Source: an uncultured Solirubrobacteraceae bacterium
GTDB taxonomy: Bacteria; Actinomycetota; Thermoleophilia; Solirubrobacterales; Solirubrobacteraceae
Direction of reading: 5' to 3'
Length of the DNA: 64,000 bases
Assembly (NCBI GenBank): GCA_963699425.1
Contig: CAVOTS010000003.1
Location: 900,940-964,939, forward strand
A program made the position numbers and the translations under genes. The notes beneath the pieces are model-generated. The model had not been told where the DNA came from. It ran no database searches and saw only the letters and a list, made by a program, of their open reading frames with translations. This document shows positions 60,261 to 64,000 of the stretch, one piece after another. Each line of letters begins with the position of its first letter. Positions within the stretch are counted from its first letter, which is position 1.

Positions 60261-61435
60261 CTATGCGGCGCGCTGGAAGCTGTTCTCGGTGCTCTCGGCG
60301 TGCACCGTCGGGGCCTCGTCGCCCTCCTTGTCGGCGAGATCGGCCATCGTCGTGCCGCGCCTCCCGTCGGCCTGCACGAGCAGTTTGAAGTCGTGGACGT
60401 TCGTCGCCGCCGCGAGCGCGTCGTCGAGGTTCACAAGCCCGGCGTGCAGGTGCTTGAGCAGCGCCTGTTCGAAGGTCTGCATCCCGTAGTAGCCGCCGTC
60501 CGCGATGACCTCTGCGAGGCTGCCGTTCTCGTTCGATTCGAGCACCATGTCGCGTGCCCGGCCGGTCATCAGCATCACCTCGCAGGCCGCAACACGGCCG
60601 CCCTGGGCGCCTGGGATCAGCCGCTGGGAGATCACGCCGCGCACCGTGCCGGCGACCATCGAGCGGACCTGGTGGTGCTGGTGGGGCGGGAAGAACTCGA
60701 GCATCCGGTTGATCGACTCGGTCGCGTCGACGGCGTGGATCGTCGAGAACACGAGGTGCCCGGTCTCGGCGGCCGACAGCGCCGTGCGCACCGTCTCCTC
60801 GTCGCGCATCTCGCCGATAAGGATCACGTCCGGGTCCTGGCGCAGCACACGCCGCAGGGCGCGGGCGAAGGACGCCGTGTCGGTGCCGATTTCTCGCTGG
60901 CTGATCGCCGAGCACTTGTCCTGGTGCACGAACTCGATCGGGTCCTCGATCGTGACGATGTGTCGCGAGCGGGTCTCGTTGATGTGGTCGATCATCGCCG
61001 CGAGCGTCGTCGACTTTCCCGAGCCGGTCGCGCCGGCGAGCAGAACGATGCCGCGCTCTTCCTCGGCGAGCGTGCGGACCGCCTCAGGAAGGTAGAGGTC
61101 TTCGATCGATCGGATGTGGTGGGGAATCGCGCGGCAGACGAGTGAGTCGTGCCGCGCTGGCGGAAGGCATTGACGCGGAAGCGCCCAGAACCGGGAATAT
61201 CGAACGAGAAGTCGACCTCGTTTTCGGCCGCGAACTCCTCACGACGGCTGGGCTCGGGCAGCAGCGCGAGCAGCGCCGCTTCCGTGTCGTCGGTCTCGAG
61301 CACCGCCGCGCCGGGCGCGTCCTGCAGGGCACCGTCGATGCGGAAGCGCGGCGGAGCGCCCACCTTCAGGTGCAGGTCCGAACCGCCGAGATCGACGAGT
61401 TCGCGCAGCGATGCCTGAATGTCTTGCACGACCAT
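60261..61435 (-). CDS. PilT/PilU-family ATPase, single 1-nt frameshift near 61147
   Basis: SDLHLKVG, RFRVNAFRQRG, GATGSGKSTT, TIEDPIE, RQDPDVILIGEMRD, GHLVFSTIH. Confidence 0.9.
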
Positions 61436-61436
61436 C

Positions 61437-61464
61437 TCTTCGGCGGATCCGCCGAAAAGGTTTA
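61437..61464 (-). promoter_or_regulatory. Sigma28 (FliA/WhiG)-like promoter
   Basis: TAAA-N16-GCCGAAGA upstream of the PilT-family gene. Confidence 0.5.
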
Positions 61465-61510
61465 GTGCCTTCCCAAAAATGGTCAGCCCGTGGGGACGGG
61501 CACCGGCGCG

Positions 61511-62611
61511 CTAGGCGACGTCGCGGAGCTTTTGGGCCTCGGCGAGGCTCTGCAGCTTCTTCAGCGACTGGTTCTCGATCTGGCGGATCCGCTCGCGCGT
61601 GACGTTGAACGTGCGCCCTACCTCGTCGAGCGTGCGCGGATGCTCGCCGCCGAGCCCGTAGCGCAGCTCAAGGACGCGTCGTTCACGGTAGGAGAGGTTC
61701 TCCAGCGCTTCGCGCAGCGCCTCCTTGGTGAGGATCTCGGCGGCCCGCTCGTACGGCGACTCGGCGCGCTCGTCGGCGATGAACTGGCCGAACTCCGACT
61801 CCTCCTCGTCCCCGACGGGCTTCTCGAGCGACACCGGCGCCTGGGCCGAGCGCTTGATCTGGTCGACCTCTTCGGGCTCGATGCCCGTGACCGCGGCGAT
61901 CTCGTCGGCGGTCGGCTCGCGACCGAGCTCGGTCACGAGCTTGCGCTCGGCGCGACCGATCTTGTTGAGCTTCTCCACGACATGGACCGGGATCCGGATC
62001 GTGCGGGCCTTGTCGGCGAGCGCGCGGGCGATCGCCTGGCGGATCCACCACGTCGCGTAGGTCGAGAACTTGAAGCCCTTGCGGTAATCGAACTTCTCGG
62101 CGGCGCGCACGAGACCGAGAGTCCCCTCCTGGATCAGGTCCAGGAACGGCAGACCCTGGTTGCGGTAGTTCTTGGCGATCGAAACGACGAGGCGCAGGTT
62201 CGACTCGACCATCTTCTGCTTGGCGTCGAGGTCGCCGCGCTCGATCCGCTTGGCGAGTTCGACCTCCTCCTGTGCGGTCAGCAGACGGACCTTGCCGATG
62301 TCCTTCAGGAACAGCTGCAGCGAGTCGGTCGTCATGTCCGGCTTGAGATCGATCGATTTCGCTTTGCGGCGCCCGCGTTTGTCCGGCGCCCGCTCGACCT
62401 GCGCAGAGGCGGCCGTGGCTGGGTCGATGTCCTCGACGAGCTCGATTTCCGACTTCTCGAGGAAGCCGTGCAGCTCCTCGACGTCCGACTCGTCGAGGTC
62501 GACCTCGGAGACGGCACGCGCGATCTCGGTGTACGAGAGCACGCCCAGCTGCTGGCCTTTGGCCAGCAGTCCCTTGACCTCGTCCAGCTCCTGCATCTCG
62601 GTGAGCGACAT
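61511..62611 (-). CDS. RpoD-type sigma70 factor
   Basis: Region 1.1, [40 protein letters not shown]. Confidence 0.93.
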   Translation of the reverse strand: MSLTEMQELDEVKGLLAKGQQLGVLSYTEIARAVSEVDLDESDVEELHGFLEKSEIELVEDIDPATAASAQVERAPDKRGRRKAKSIDLKPDMTTDSLQLFLKDIGKVRLLTAQEEVELAKRIERGDLDAKQKMVESNLRLVVSIAKNYRNQGLPFLDLIQEGTLGLVRAAEKFDYRKGFKFSTYATWWIRQAIARALADKARTIRIPVHVVEKLNKIGRAERKLVTELGREPTADEIAAVTGIEPEEVDQIKRSAQAPVSLEKPVGDEEESEFGQFIADERAESPYERAAEILTKEALREALENLSYRERRVLELRYGLGGEHPRTLDEVGRTFNVTRERIRQIENQSLKKLQSLAEAQKLRDVA

Positions 62612-62773
62612 ACCCCGTCCCGTTCCTACTAGCTCGACTAAAAGATGATTTGGCAGCCCCGGCTACTGCTTGATGCCCGTCGGGCGCGCCGAGGCTGTGG
62701 CCCACGGCCATGCTAACGCGTCGTTTCGGGTACCAGAGAATGACGCAATGTGCTTGACGAACCGGCTTAAGCA

Positions 62774-63379
62774 ATGATGTCGACCGTGGATCTTGCGGAC
62801 GAAACGCCCGGCGGCGCAGGCGAGCCGGACGCAGGGCTTCTGGGGCGGCTCCCGCGAAAGCGCCCGCAGAACGCGAGCAGGCGGCGCGCGTCGACCCACG
62901 CGGCCGCCGAGACGAACGGCACCGCGCCCTCGCCGGCGCAGGAGCGCCGGGCCGCAGGCGCCGCCGGCAAAGCGGCGGTGAAGACCAAGCCCGCCAAGCG
63001 GGCGCCGGCGCCGCGCAAGGCAAAAGCGAGCACGAAGAGCGCCGCGCGACCCGCCGCCAAAGCCAAGCCGAGGGCGGCGGCGAAGGCGGCCGCGAAGGCC
63101 GCGCCGGCGGTCAAGGCCAAGCCGAAGGTCGCCGCGAAACCGGCAGCGCGCAAGGCGCCCACCAAACGGCCGCGCAGCACGCCCAAGCCCGGCGCCGAGC
63201 CTCCGGCGGTTCCGCCGCAGGGCTACGAGAGCGACGGCGACCGCGCGCAGGGCATCGTCAGGCCCCCCGGCGGCGCAGACTTCGCGGCGACGGCCTTCGA
63301 GGCGATCGGCGAGCTGACGCGATTCTCGCTCTCGGCGGGCGAGCGCCTCGTGCGCGACCTGCTCGGCCGACGTTCCTGA
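62774..63379 (+). CDS. Lys/Ala-rich histone-H1-like protein
   Basis: Central AAKAKP/PAARK repeats; amphipathic C-terminal helix; start may be GTG62786. Confidence 0.65.
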   Translation: MMSTVDLADETPGGAGEPDAGLLGRLPRKRPQNASRRRASTHAAAETNGTAPSPAQERRAAGAAGKAAVKTKPAKRAPAPRKAKASTKSAARPAAKAKPRAAAKAAAKAAPAVKAKPKVAAKPAARKAPTKRPRSTPKPGAEPPAVPPQGYESDGDRAQGIVRPPGGADFAATAFEAIGELTRFSLSAGERLVRDLLGRRS

Positions 63380-63404
63380 CCGCAGCTTCGTTATAGTTCC
63401 CCGC

Positions 63405-63532
63405 ACGCCGAACCGCTCCGGCATGACCGGGGCGGACGGGGGAACCGCTGCGAGAGCTTTTCTCGCGGGGGCGAATCGGCCAATCAGGCCGTAGCGGACA
63501 TCCGCGAGCCCGTCAGCTAACCCCGCAGGCGA
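63405..63532 (+). promoter_or_regulatory. Cyclic di-AMP (ydaO/yuaA) riboswitch
   Basis: GGGGGAACC...GGGGCGAATC...CCCGTCAGCTAACCCCGCAGGC; TATAGT at 63392-63397; precedes a cell-wall enzyme. Confidence 0.9.
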
Positions 63533-63538
63533 AGCGAT

Positions 63539-63994
63539 ATGCACCGACTGCTTCGACAGATTCCGTTTGCCCTTGCCGCGCTCGCGGCCACCGTGGCGCT
63601 CTGCGCCCCGGCCTTCGCGGCACGCCCGCACGCCAGGCCGCGCGCGGCGATCGCGACCTACTACGGCCCCGGGCTGTACGGACGGCACACCGCCTGCGGC
63701 CAGACGCTGACCCCCGAGACGGTCGGCGTCGCGAGCCGCACGCTGCCGTGCGGGACGCTCGTGCGCTTCAGCTACCGCGGGCACAGTGCGATCGTCCCGG
63801 TGATCGACCGCGGGCCCTACAGCTTCGCGACCTGGGACCTCACGACGGGCGCGACGCAGGCGCTGGACATCGCATCCGGCGTGACGCGCGTCTGGACGCG
63901 CATCGTCGGTCACGCCGCGAACAGCCCCGCGCTCGGCGCACCGGCACTGGAAAGCGCTCCCGGTCCCAGCGCCGGCGGCGTCGCACTTCCCTAG
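63539..63994 (+). CDS. rlpA: RlpA-like (DPBB) lytic transglycosylase, secreted
   Basis: Signal peptide; ATYYGPG..TACG, ASRTLPCGT, VIDRGPY, DLT. Confidence 0.88.
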   Translation: MHRLLRQIPFALAALAATVALCAPAFAARPHARPRAAIATYYGPGLYGRHTACGQTLTPETVGVASRTLPCGTLVRFSYRGHSAIVPVIDRGPYSFATWDLTTGATQALDIASGVTRVWTRIVGHAANSPALGAPALESAPGPSAGGVALP

Positions 63995-64000
63995 CCCCGC

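Overview
This is a very GC-rich core-genome segment, most consistent with a deep-branching actinobacterium (Thermoleophilia/Solirubrobacterales-like; inferred from gene content and synteny). It is mostly housekeeping: smpB, rnr, ctpA, oxoprolinase/hydantoinase A/B, M16 peptidase, nadAC, prfB (programmed +1 frameshift), secA, hpf, ahcY with sugar-nucleotide genes, the full atp operon, wecA/glyA/tsaC/prmC/prfA/rpmE, an ETF/ETF-QO acyl-CoA block with meaB, ggt, a PilT-family ATPase, an RpoD-type sigma and a c-di-AMP riboswitch ahead of rlpA. About 1-5400 and 33300-37200 carry dense indels in conserved genes, which are probably assembly errors, so coordinates there are approximate. The top candidate for a new system is a Soj/ParA ATPase overlapping an ftsZ that lies outside any dcw cluster and carries a ~75-aa N-terminal extension resembling a ParB-type ParA-activating peptide. 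Also notable: a mycobacterial MGLP-like methylglucan gene set, a GT28/deacetylase/DMT lipid module, a degenerate Apea-like HEPN protein, an unidentified ~125-nt structured RNA, widespread leaderless starts and several operator sites. No CRISPR array, tRNA, rRNA or mobile element was seen.
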